From Octopus sinensis (lineage: Eukaryota), in NCBI RefSeq assembly GCF_006345805.1, contig NC_042997.1:50468001-50532000 (forward strand): a stretch of 64,000 bases of DNA. Direction: 5' to 3'. Made by a program: the position numbers and the translations under genes. This document shows positions 39,491-51,516 of this stretch, in pieces (the stretch's first letter is position 1; each line of letters starts with the position of its first letter). The notes under the pieces were generated by a model, which saw nothing but the letters and a program-made list of their open reading frames with translations, ran no database searches and was not told the origin of the DNA.

Positions 39491-42189
39491 TGTGTGTAAA
39501 CCAGTATTTCACAAACAATGTCTCAGCTTTATTAACCAGATGTTTTCTCTAAAATGTCCTGTGTATTTTTTATCTTGTAATCTTATCTGCTAATTCTGCT
39601 AGTTATGGAGCAGGTTTATTTCTATTTTATTTTTTACTATCTTTTTTTTTTTTTAATATTAATCTTCCAACTATTATTTTTTTTAATTGTCGATTTTACT
39701 TTTGATGAAAAAAAAACATGGTTTGTTAATTTATTTTTTTATAGTATTGTTAAAATGTCTGAATCTGTTGTTTTTTTTAATTTTATTTTATTTTTTTACT
39801 TTCTTGGTGGCTATATTGTTTCTCTAATGCCCTCTTGTGTTCAGAAACATTTAAATGATATTTAAATACAATATTCAAAAATTTGAAAAAAAAAAAAAAT
39901 TTAAAAATACAATTAATATTCTTTAGTATATCCAATTATAACTTAAATTTGTGAACAACTGTTGTAACCATCAATAAACCAGCTGATTAATTTACAACAT
40001 ATTCTAAAGAATATCGGTAAATTTTTATTGAACTTGCAAAAGATACTTTCTATATGAGTCAGTGTTTTTAGCATGTCATCTGTGTCTGTATTTACACAGA
40101 TTTCCTTGGGTCACTTCAGCTTCTATAATTTTTATGACTTATTACCTACAATGCACCAGGTAAATATATTCTAATTATCAGTAATTTCATATTTTTATCT
40201 TTTCAGTTCTTTTTTCTTTTAATTCTATTTTTCTTTTAAATAAACCTGTCAGTTTTAATACTGCATGAATTTTAAGAAATAATGTTGCAAACAACTCATT
40301 ATTGTTTCATTCAAAAATTTTTGTAACGACACCCTAGATTTTATTTCTTTAGAATATTAGTGTAAGGCAGTATTAATTTAGACAACAACATAAAATTAAT
40401 CAGGAAAAAGACCTCTATAAGAGTATCAATGTCAGATCTTGTAAACAGAAACGCACATCTCTTTGGCTGCATATTTTTTAACATGCAAGCGTGATGGCTA
40501 TTGATATAGGAATATATAATTAAAGAGGTAAGATAGGAGAATGAAGATGAAAATAAAATGATGTCTATTTGACAATGATGGTTCAGGTGTTTATAAATTT
40601 TCTTCTGAATAGTTTAACTGAAATTGATGTATAGTCAACTAATTTGCATTACATCAACTTATATCTTGATATTCTTTGAGATTTCTGTGAAATATTTCAG
40701 AACTCTTCAACTTTTTTACTTTCTCATTAAGGGCATATGATAAATCTGTTTGTATAACATCATCACTAGTACCTTGATATTCTTTGAGGCTTCTTTGAAA
40801 TTTTTCAGGACTCTCAAGTATTTTTACTTTCCCTATATTGTTATATCCTTAAGGGTGTATGGTCTATGGCATAGCAAATTTTCGTTGGGTGTTTCGAGCC
40901 TTAATATTTTAGGCATCTTACATATTTTGTGGAATAATATCTGAAACTTTTCAACATTCATGTAACATTTGAAGAAATATAATATCAATTTTTGATAAAA
41001 GTCAATTCTATTTTCATACTTACATATTATGTGTACCAATCTTTTCCACAAAACACTAACAATAAATATTGCTTTTCATATAAAGCATGAATCCTGACAC
41101 TTTTAGTGGGAGGAGAAATGGGAAGTTGTGACATTTATACCTTTTCTTCAAGGATACTAGCACTGAATGTAAGAAATATAAGGGTGTCCATTCAGGAATT
41201 AAATACAGAATTTCAGGTGTAGATCACTGATGATAATTAACCTTGAATCTGCACTCATTAATAAATTAATAATGAAAATAATAGCAATGATAATTTCAAA
41301 ACAATGGGCATACAAATTATTGGACACAATTCCAATGTTTTCCAGTTATAAAAACAATGAAAGCTTATCAAAATAGTGTACATAACAAATAACTACCACT
41401 ATTTCTTAATATTTAAATATTTATTGTTTTATGATAATTTCATGATGAGTTCAACATTGTTTCAGGAAGAACCTAACAGTTAATCAATGAGAAAATTAAT
41501 GATAGCAACCATTTCAGTACTATGGTGGTGTTTCTTGTTCTTTTTTTTTTATTGGTTAAAAATAATTTTTAACTTGTGAGACAAAAGAAAAAAAAAATGA
41601 ATTATTTTGTTATTTTCAAACCGTTTGTATATAGTTTTGCTTACTTTCTGATGGCAATTTTTACAGAGATTATCTCTTCTATTTTTTATTGATTTCTATT
41701 TGATCTCTCTCTTAAGTTTATCAATGTTTTTTAAATTTTTGTTTTAATTTTGTTTCTAACGCTGACGGTGTATCTTAAATTAGATTGTTTTATAAAATAT
41801 TTAATAAAAAAAAATAAAAAATAAAAAGTTCCAAGAATACACATCAAAGAGATGGCTGAATGACAATGTTTAGCCATCTTAATATTTTTCACAAGCCAAC
41901 TAATTATTATTGTGATAATTTATGTGAAATCATAAGCAGAGAAAAAAAAAACAAACACACACATATCTATTTTTACAATAAATCTCTCCACACTTTACAC
42001 ACTAGCTATTTGCTAATTTGATATCATATTTGTGTCATTTCATGAAAATGGATGTTGTCACGGGCACACATTTTCACAACACACACACACACACACTCAC
42101 ACTCACACACACATGCATACAAACTTATCCATGTCAATAGACAGTCTGATAATTTTCATAATGAAACCTCTAGAACAAAAAATGAAATG

Positions 42190-42561
42190 TGTGCGTATGT
42201 ATATATGTTTATATATATTTACATATGTATATATATTTATATGTATGTATATTTATATGAATGTATGTATATATATGTATGTATATTTATATATATGTAT
42301 ATATATATGTATGTATATTTATATGTATGTATATATATGTATGTATATTTATATGCATATATATATATATGTATGTGTATGTATGTATATGTATATATGT
42401 ATATATATGTATGTATGTATGTATATATATATATATGTATGTATGTATATGTATATATATATATATATATTATGTATGTATATATGTTTATATATATGTA
42501 TGTATGTATATTTATATATATATGTATGTATGTATATGTATATATATATGATATGTATATG

Positions 42562-42592
<31 letters not shown>

Positions 42593-42731
42593 GTATATAT
42601 ATATGTATGTATATGTATATTATATATATATGTATGTATATGTATATATATAATATATGTATATGTATGTATATATATATGTATGTATATGTATATATAT
42701 ATATATATTGTATATGTAATATATATGTATG

Positions 42732-42772
<41 letters not shown>

Positions 42773-43650
42773 ATGTATATATTATATGTAGTATGTATAT
42801 GTATGTGTATATGTATATATATATATGTATGTATATGTATATATATATATATATGTTATGTATATGTATATATATATATATGTATGTATATGTGTATATA
42901 TATATATTATGTATGTATATGTATATATAATATATGTATGTATATGTATAATATATATGTATGTATGTATATGTATATATGTATATATTATATATATATA
43001 TATATTATGTATGTATATGTATAATATATGTATGTATAATATATATATATGTATGTATAATATATATATATGATGTATATGTATATATATGTATGTATGT
43101 ATGTATATGTATATATATATGTATGTATGTATGTATATGTGTATATGTATATATGTATGTATGTATGTATATGTATATATATTTGTGTGTATGTATATAT
43201 GTATTTGTGTGTGTGTGTATGTATATATGTGTATATATATATATATATGTATATATCTATATGTATGTGTATATATGTATGTGTATACATGTATGTGTTA
43301 GTATATATATATGTCTGTATATATCTTTGTATTTGTATGTATGTATGTGTGTATATATTTATATATATATGTATATATATATGTATGTGTATGTATATAT
43401 ATGTATATAGATATATATATATATATGTATATATATGTATATGTATATATGTATGTGTATGTATATATATGTATATAGATATATATATATATGTATGTAT
43501 ATGTATGTATGTTGTGTATGTACGAATTTATATATGTGTGTATGTATGTATGTGTATGTACGAATTTATATATGTGTGTATGTATATGTGTGTGTATATA
43601 TGTCTGTATATATATGTATGTATATATATATGTGCATATGTATATGCTTA
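42190..43650. repeat. 1.45-kb compound (TA/TATG)n microsatellite
   Basis: Direct reading. Confidence 0.95.
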
Positions 43651-44489
43651 GAGACACATGCAAGTTCTTCAAAATAATATATGATATTTACAACATATAT
43701 TTGCACTAAGACATTTCACATTTTATTTTTTTTTTAAACTTTAAACCACTGTATACATACACACACATAGAGACATGGATCTGTTTAAAGGTGCAGTCAT
43801 TTAATATGTCGAGCACATAAAAATAACTGGCTTCAAACAATTAGGTGACAATAGTATAATTTAGTTGTATATTTTGCGTGTCAGAACACAACAGTCACAA
43901 GACAGATTGAGGCAGCTAATTTCTGTGTAGCAGAACCTCTTGAAAAACAAAAAGACTTATTTCACTATTAAGCAACCTAAAATAATGACGTAATTCCATT
44001 TTTTTCTTTTTAAATTGTGAAAACTAATTTTATTTTGATAACAGTCAAGATATATTTTAATCTCAATGAAAAGGTTTAGATGAATGAATAACCATCAACA
44101 AGATCTGTGAAGGTTTCCTGGGTGGAACCAGATAATTGAATGAGGTATTTCAAATGAGTTACCATGCTAAGTATTTCACTACGTGTGATATCAGCAAGTT
44201 ACATCTACTTAGATCAGATCTCAACTTATATACATGCATATATACATATATAGCCATGTGCATGTTTCACATACACATATGTAGTCACATGTATACACAC
44301 ATGCAAACAAAAAACACATAGGCATATACATGTAACTACATATAATCATAATTGCTAATTTCAGAAATATGTCTTCTGAATTTAGTGCAACAAACATTTG
44401 AATAATTTGTAATCATAACTAAAATAATTTCCCTCAACTTGGATCAGAACTTTCTGCTCTTTAATCTGTATCTCCATGGAGGTTTTTTT

Positions 44490-44701
44490 CTATATATATA
44501 TAATATATATAATGTATACATACATATATATATATATATATATATGCTTTACATATATATATATATATATTATATATATATATATATATCATATGAATTA
44601 TATATATATATGTATTATATATATATGCATTATATATTATATATATCATATGAATTATATATATATATGTATATATATATATGCATTATATATATATATG
44701 C

Positions 44702-44748
<47 letters not shown>

Positions 44749-45232
44749 GCATTATATATATATATATATATATAATATATGTATTATATATATATATATA
44801 TGAATTAATATATATATATATATCTATTATTATATATATATATGAATTATATATATATATATATATGAATTATGTATATATATATATGTATTATATATAT
44901 ATATGAATTATATATATATATATAGAATTATGTATATATATATATATATATATGAATTATATATATATATGAATTATATATATATATGAATTATATATAT
45001 ATATATGAATTATATATATATATGAATTATATATATATATATGTAATATATATATATGTATTATATATATATTATATGTATATATATATATATGAATTAT
45101 ATATATATATATATATGTATTATATATGAATTATATATATATATCTATATGTATTATATATATGTATTATATATATATATATGTATTATATATATATGTA
45201 TTATATATATATATGTATATATATATATGTAT

Positions 45233-45264
<32 letters not shown>

Positions 45265-45290
45265 GTATATATATAATATGTATGAAGCTG
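44490..45290. repeat. (TA)n array punctuated by TGAAT/TGTAT/TGCAT
   Basis: Recurrent (TA)n-TG(A/T/C)AT-TA units. Confidence 0.9.
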
Positions 45291-45925
45291 TATAAATATA
45301 GTTTGACCAATTTTAATTGGGGAGATTTTTCTTAGGATTTTTTTGTGGGGAATTTGAAAATATTATAAATATCTAAAATATAAATATATATATATATAAA
45401 TTGTGGGTATTTTTTCACCAGAAATATATAACTTGACTAATGTTTTGATACCAGTTCTAAATGAATCTTAAAAGCTGACTTGTTCCGTTTTACGACATAG
45501 CTAACAGGTTTCATGCCAGTACAACACATACACACACACCCACACACATACACACACACACACACACTGCTATATATAAGTATATATATGTATATATATC
45601 TTCATATATATACTTATGTTTATCATTACATATCTATAAAGATATATATACATATATATATATAAACATTTACACAAAAACATAACATATATGCTATGAC
45701 AATATGTTTTCTACAGTCCATGTTATTTTTGCCTAATACTTTCTTCTTTCTAAAACTTTTTTTTCCTTGTTTAAAAAAATGCAAAGCACGAAGTTTAGAT
45801 TTGAAAAACAAAATGACTTAAACATCTTGTGCAATATGCTGTATCCTGTGTGATGCATTGTGAAATGTACCTAAATAGTTCTATGTCAACTTTGTCTTCG
45901 TAATATTGTTGATTATTTTTAAGTT

Positions 45926-45980
45926 TGTAATAAAATATATAAAAATTAATATTTTACACAAATGCGTTTTGTTCTTATTT
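45926..45980 (+). terminator. Polyadenylation site (UGUA, AAUAAA at 45929-45934, CA about 24 nt downstream, GU/U-rich element)
   Basis: TTGTAATAAA...TTTTACACAAATGCGTTTTGTTCTTATTT. Confidence 0.55.
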
Positions 45981-46213
45981 CATTGCAACCTATGGCCTCA
46001 AGCCAAACAAGGGAGTTTCTTACATCAGGGATTAGGGAACTTTTTAACCAATTATCCTAAAATATATTTATTTATGTTACCCCCTTGAATTGAAAGGATG
46101 AAAATCATAGATTCTTTAAATCCAAAATGTTTATTGAATCTATTAATATGAATCTATTTACACGTCCTGTACATTGGACAGATGCAGTGTTGCCAGAAGA
46201 AAAATTTCTCTTG

Positions 46214-47022
46214 TAACTATCTATCTATCCGCTCAGTTGAAGTCGACTCTCGGTTACTCGATGGATCAGTGTCCTCCAGCCAGTTCTATCCTGAGTCGCT
46301 TCTTTCAGATTGTCTATGTCCATTCTCATGTCACTCTTGATGGTGTCAAGCCAGCGGGTTCTTGGTTGGCATCTTCCTCTCTTGCCACTGACCATTCCGA
46401 GCATGATGTCCTTCTCCAGAGATTTTCTTCGCATAATATGACCAAAATATATCAATCTATGCTTGGTGATCCTAGCTTCTAGCGACAGTTTCGGCTTGAT
46501 CTGGTTAAAAACTTCTCCATTGATGAGCCTCGCTGTCCATGGAATCCATAAAAGTCTTCTCCAACACCAAAGCTCGAATGCATTAATTCTCTTCTGGTCA
46601 GCTTTCTTTAGTGTCCAGGTCTCGCATCCATATGTTGCTATTGGGAAGACAATTGCATTCACCAATCTGCATTTGGTAGCGAGTCTGATATCTCTACTCT
46701 TCCGGACCCTGCTCATGCTGACCATTGCCTCTCTGCCTAGTACTATCCGCCGTCTTATTTCTGGAGTGCAGTTACCATCTCGATTTATTTTGGAGCCAAG
46801 GAAGATGAAATCATCAACCACTTCGATCTCTTCATTATCGATCTTGATGCTGATGTTTGTTGTGGCTGCTGTTGACATGATCTTCGTTTTCTTGACATTG
46901 AGGTACAGCCCAAATTTCTCACTCTCTTTCTTAACTAGCAGAATAAGTTTCTCTATATCATTATTATTTTCTGCCAGCAGGGTTGTATCATCTGCATAGC
47001 GAAGGTTATTAATATTTCTTCC
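46214..47022 (-). mobile_element. 5'-truncated RTE-clade (BovB-like) LINE
   Basis: Open frame of 266 codons from GRNINNLRYADDTTLLA (RT YADD) through YGCETWTL and GRCQPRTRWLD to TAG at 46225, then an (ATAG)n tail. Confidence 0.92.
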
Positions 47023-47643
47023 TCTCTGTTGTTACGATGAAAATAAAAAACGTGTCTTTTGTAACAATGAACACGTTTTTTTATATAATTTTACTTATGT
47101 CTAATGAGTTCTCACTTATTACCCACAAGAATTTCGTATTTACTCAACTTGGTGTAATTTAACCCGGTCCACATTAAACTCCTCAGATATGTTTCCAGCT
47201 GGAATAGTTGCATGCCAAGATATCAGTGATTGTTTTTGAAGGCAAGCAAAGTGCTATAAAGGCTGTTCTTATAAACAGTTTCCACAACACCAGCTGCAGT
47301 TACCCATGAACTTAATGGTGATTATAGACTGAGACAAATTTCGTACAGACTACTTTTTCATCCTTTGGGAAATCCAAATCTTCACCATAATATGATGCTA
47401 ACAATTGACACTGCTTCTCTGAGTTATCTGTTGTACACGAAATATATCGTACCATTATCATTAAATCAGAATTCCATTTTCACAATAACCTTATCCAGAT
47501 TAAAATAACGTAGATATTTGAAGACAATCTTTAACAGTTTGATCTACCAATACTGATTAATCAGTCTGGGATTGCAGTTGATGAGAGACTCAGTTTGTCA
47601 TGAAACAAGAATTGTTTGCCAAGGTTGATTACTTTGATAATTT

Positions 47644-48274
47644 ATTTCTTTTATTGCCCACAAGGGGCTAAACATAGAGAAGACAAACAAGGACAGACAA
47701 ACGGATTAAGTCGATTACATCGTCTCTAGTGCATAACTGGTACTTATTTAATCGACCCTGAGAGGATGAAAGGCAAAGTCGACCTCGGTGAAATTTGAAC
47801 ACAGAATGTAACGGCAGACGAAATACCTATTTCTTTACTACCCACAAGGGGTTAAACACAGAGAGGACAAACAAGGACAGACAAATGGATTAAGTCGATT
47901 ACGTCGACCCCAGTGCACAACTGGTACTTATTTAATCGACCCCAAAAGGATGAAAGACAGAGTCGACCTCGGTGGAATTCGAACTCAGAACGTAACGGCA
48001 GACGAAATGCCGCTAAGCATTTCGCCCGGCGTCCTAACGATTCTGCCAGCCCCTCGCAGCATTTCGCCCGGCGTCCTAACGATTCTGCCAGCCCCTCGCA
48101 GCATTTCGCCCGGCGTCCTAACGATTCTGCCAGCCCCTCGCAGCATTTCGCCCGGCGTCCTAACGATTCTGCCAGCCCCTCGCAGCATTTCGCCCGGCGT
48201 CCTAACGATTCTGCCAGCCCCTCGCAGCATTTCGCCCGGCGTCCTAACGATTCTGCCAGCCCCTCGCCGCCGCC
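47644..48274 (-). mobile_element. Dimeric SINE family A with amplified 5' head
   Basis: Two about 185-bp bodies (47644-47828, 47829-48015) plus six copies of the 42-bp head. Confidence 0.88.
48016..48267. repeat. Perfect 6 x 42-bp tandem repeat
   Basis: Unit AGCATTTCGCCCGGCGTCCTAACGATTCTGCCAGCCCCTCGC at 48016, 48058, 48100, 48142, 48184, 48226. Confidence 0.97.
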
Positions 48275-49289
48275 CTCTGCAACTTATCTTTATTATGCAT
48301 TGCAAAGGTTTTCAAAGTTTCCATAATTTCTGCTGTTAGTAAGACTTTGGTTGCTGTTGTTTTTCTAGCTGTTATAACATCTGAGGCTGTATGTATTTGA
48401 CAGCATTATTGTCATCACAACTAACCTGATTAAGTGAGTGTTGCATTTGACATTCAATAATGCACTGCTACCCCATGTGTGCTTTGAATCATTATTATCT
48501 GTGAAGTCAAGTAATGCTTTTATGACATGAGCTACTTGCTCCACCATCTTTTCTCTCTTATAAAAGAACATCTTATTATATTCGAGCTTAAGTGTCTATG
48601 AAATTTGTTCTCCATCAGCCAATATACTTTCAAAGAGTACATGCCATTTGAGATTTGCTTCTACAAAAGTTGTAGTCCTAATATTTCCTAAGGTACTATG
48701 GAGTGGTTTAGTATCTACCACCGTTTGTTGGATAGCAAGATTTAGAAGGTATCCATAACCATGGACATAAATGGTGAGCAGAAAACAATGGATTAATCTG
48801 GTTGTCAACACACTATGAACACCACACATTTTCTGAATTACCAAAATATTTGCCAATTCCCAGCAGCAGCTTCTTGAGTCCAATCGTAACTAACTTGTGG
48901 AGAGTACTTCCTTCACTAGAAGACACTGCATAAAAGCTAGTGGCAGACGTTCTGATTTCTTCTTTACTGATGAACCTAAAAGAGATGCAATGGTTTCACA
49001 GGCAAGTTAACAAAGAAAGTAACTTTTGTATGTGGTAGATACTCAAGAGCAATAAGTAACAATAGCATATGAAAAATACGTTTTCTCAAATGTCCAAGAG
49101 AATTCCTAGAGGTAGTGGATAGCATCTGTTGTCTAGATGACCTTATTAGAAGGGCAGGAGGATGTTCTGAAATATAGTTGCTAGAATAAGAACAGTGGTG
49201 TGTATGTGTTGCTGAAATCAGTCAGATGATTCTTACCTCTTCATTAGTCACATCCTGTATTTAGTAATCGCTTCAAGTTTTCCTGTTCT

Positions 49290-49299
49290 GACAACTGTA

Positions 49300-49332
<33 letters not shown>

Positions 49333-49512
49333 TGTGTGTGTGTGTGTGTCCTGTCTGTCCTGTCTGTCTGTGTCTTTGTGTTTGTGTTTGTCCTCCCTGC
49401 CACTTGACAATGGTGTTGGTTAACAGTTCGTCAAAAGAGACTGATAAAGAATATGGTGGTGCCTGGCATGATTGCAGTCCAGTGGTAGAAGCAAATAAAA
49501 GATAAAGATAGA
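49290..49512 (+). mobile_element. Degenerate 3' half of family B SINE
   Basis: TTGACAATGGTGTTGGT...TTCGTCAAAAGAGACTGATA...GAAGCAAATAAAAGATAAAG. Confidence 0.5.
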
Positions 49513-50879
49513 CTGGTGTCCTTTCCACACCAGCATCAGGGCACCAGGTAATATTACTGAATAAGTGGGAATTATTTTACTTAACATTCCTTCTTCAGCT
49601 ACCCGGAACCAATGTTATTCAGTTTTTCAATATGGTACATCTTAATATAGTTTAATCTCCAAGTTAACATAGACACTTCTCTTGATGTATCGTGTTGTGA
49701 AGGTCACGATTAGTTTGTGGAAACAACGTGGCAATAAAAAAAGACAAATAAAGGAATTCTAGTTACGTTCTTTTAGTTTTTAGAAGAGGACAACTTGAAG
49801 CGATTACTAAATACAGGATGTGACTAATGGAGAGTTAAGAATCATCTGACTGCTTTCAGCAATAGTTTTTGTCTTTGAGTTTAAGACAAACTAATAAATA
49901 AACACTTCAAGGAGAGATTTAGTGTTTGGTTCATCTACTCCAATGAAATTTGTTCACCATAAAGGAACAGTAAGAACATTTAATATTTGGTAAAGAAATC
50001 TTTTTGGAGATGAAGCCAACAAGGGATCCTCTACGCCAAGGTTGGGGGATAAAAAAGAAAATGGAGAAATTGACATATACACATCAATTTATTCAAAGAT
50101 ATTCAAATCAATATAATATGAAATTCTTATCCCTACAACCGTTTCCATGGCCAATTAATTCAATTAGAGAAATTAAATTTAAAATTTTCATGTTGAAACT
50201 GGTTAATTGGAGAATTTTCCAGAAAGGAGTGTGTTTGTGTGTGTGTGTGGGAGGCAACGGGCTGGATGTGATGTGCTATATCAATTCGATATGATGTAGC
50301 TTACTACTAAAAGTAGCGTATAGATGTAACGCTTCAAGGTTCTCGCGTCGGAGTACCAGTAAACACCGAAGAATCAACACCAAGAAGGGAGAAATGTTAT
50401 TTACATATATTTAGTCGATTACTCGATAGGTTGTTACAGAGACAGTAGCAATTCTAGTGATAGTGGCGACAAGGATGACTTGCTGGTTAGTAGCTGATAT
50501 ATAGAAAAAGGTTTTCTGTCAGTAGAGAGGGAAAGAGTAAGGTAGTCATGGTGCTGACTAGAAAGGATAATGGCGGCATCGCATTTCTTACGGCCAAAAG
50601 CCTCTCTTAGCATTTCAAGTGAAGGGAAGTGCTGCTCTTGGTTAAGGCTGATGCAAAAGCGGGTGCTGCTCCTTGGTCTGGCTGACACATCAGAGGAAGA
50701 GATAGAAAATTCTCTGTTATATACACTATGGTCAGTAATGGAGGTCAAACCTTAAACAAAGGACTGACCTTTCCTTGAGTAGTACAGGTCCTAGGGGGTA
50801 GAGTGTTTCCTCATCAATCATCTAGTGTGGAGGATTTCCCACTCGTTTTGACAAGCAGCAAGCCGGTGGATTTGGTTTC

Positions 50880-51030
50880 AAATCTCGGGCAGGGTCAAGC
50901 TAGACTCTTTCATATGTATGTATATGCGACAAGGTTTCTTGCAGTTTTCATCTGCCAAATTCGCTCACAAGGCTGTAACTGACTGTAGTAGAAAACACTT
51001 GCCCAAGGTACCGCATGGTGGTACTGAAAA
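50880..51030 (-). mobile_element. Degenerate family B SINE fragment
   Basis: CCAAATTCGCTCACAAGGCT...AACACTTGCCCAAGGTACCGCA. Confidence 0.6.
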
Positions 51031-51443
51031 GAACATTGAAAAATGCATACATACCTTAAAACTAAAACATTAATTTCATATAAATTACTTTCAACATCTT
51101 AAAAGGCAAACTCAAATGTCTTTTAGCAGTAATACTTGTGAAGTGACTTAAATAAAAATTACGAACCGGAATAGGTACGAACTGATGACATAACCACACA
51201 TTTATTACGGCTAATTAACATTCAGAATTTGCTTCGCTCTTACTCTACTTCAGACTTTCATTGTTGTTTGTAATGAATAATCAGTGTGAATAGGTCTAGT
51301 CCTCGTCTAAGCTGCTTTTTCTATTACGTCTTTGTAAAGTGCAATAATTTTTAATGTTGGCAACATTAAATTAAAAAATAGACTGACGATTATTTTCGCC
51401 TGAGATAAAAATAGAAGAAAAAAATCGCGTCTTATTTGTAAAG

Positions 51444-51516
51444 ATTTCGTTGAAATTAAAAAGACTACAATAGTTTTCATCGTTTGAAAACTATTGTAGT
51501 CTTTTTAATACGAAAT
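51444..51516. repeat. Perfect 25-bp inverted repeat (hairpin) with a 7-bp outer stem
   Basis: ATTAAAAAGACTACAATAGTTTTCA (51455-51479), loop TCGTT, exact complement 51485-51509; ATTTCGT/ACGAAAT outside a 4-nt bulge. Confidence 0.95.

Larger units (their letters stand above)
34341..45960 (+). other. Putative extended Tob 3' UTR
   Basis: AU-rich, no recognisable SINE/LINE, ends at a canonical poly(A) site. Proximal AATAAA also at 34645, about 35030 and about 41803. Confidence 0.45.
47130..48965 (-). pseudogene. hAT-family transposase fossil interrupted by SINEs
   Basis: Minus-strand fragments in order: SEGSTLHKLV..GLKKL, MCGVHSVLTTRL, IYVHGYGYLLNLAIQQ (decayed YVHCxxHxLNL), IKALLDF...SSALLN, and ETYLRSLM (hAT C-terminal KTYLRSTM motif); many stops and frameshifts. 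Confidence 0.7.

Noticed and set aside
38134-40375. Two miR-8/200-family 8mer sites (CAGTATTA at 38134 and 40368)
   Set aside because: An AT-rich 8mer is expected by chance roughly once in an 11-kb AT-rich region; needs conservation data.
40665-40860. Old, roughly 70-bp imperfect direct repeat
   Set aside because: Ordinary decayed local duplication with no further signal.
54-45335. Dozens of long ORFs rich in Y/I/M/C/V/H/T (e.g. 2697-3797, 26718-27821, 42032-43024)
   Set aside because: They are translations of TA/TG/CA microsatellites that lack stops; no protein signal.
47045-47083. 11-bp hairpin next to the RTE 5' junction
   Set aside because: Half of the stem is an A/T homopolymer; no Helitron CTRR end identified.
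48016-48267. CRISPR-like array or repeat protein (SQHFARRPNDSASP)x6
   Set aside because: No spacers, no cas genes, eukaryotic context; the unit is a SINE head.
50300-50780. GC-richer segment with 104-aa and 61-aa ORFs
   Set aside because: No recognisable motif; possibly TE-derived but unsupported.
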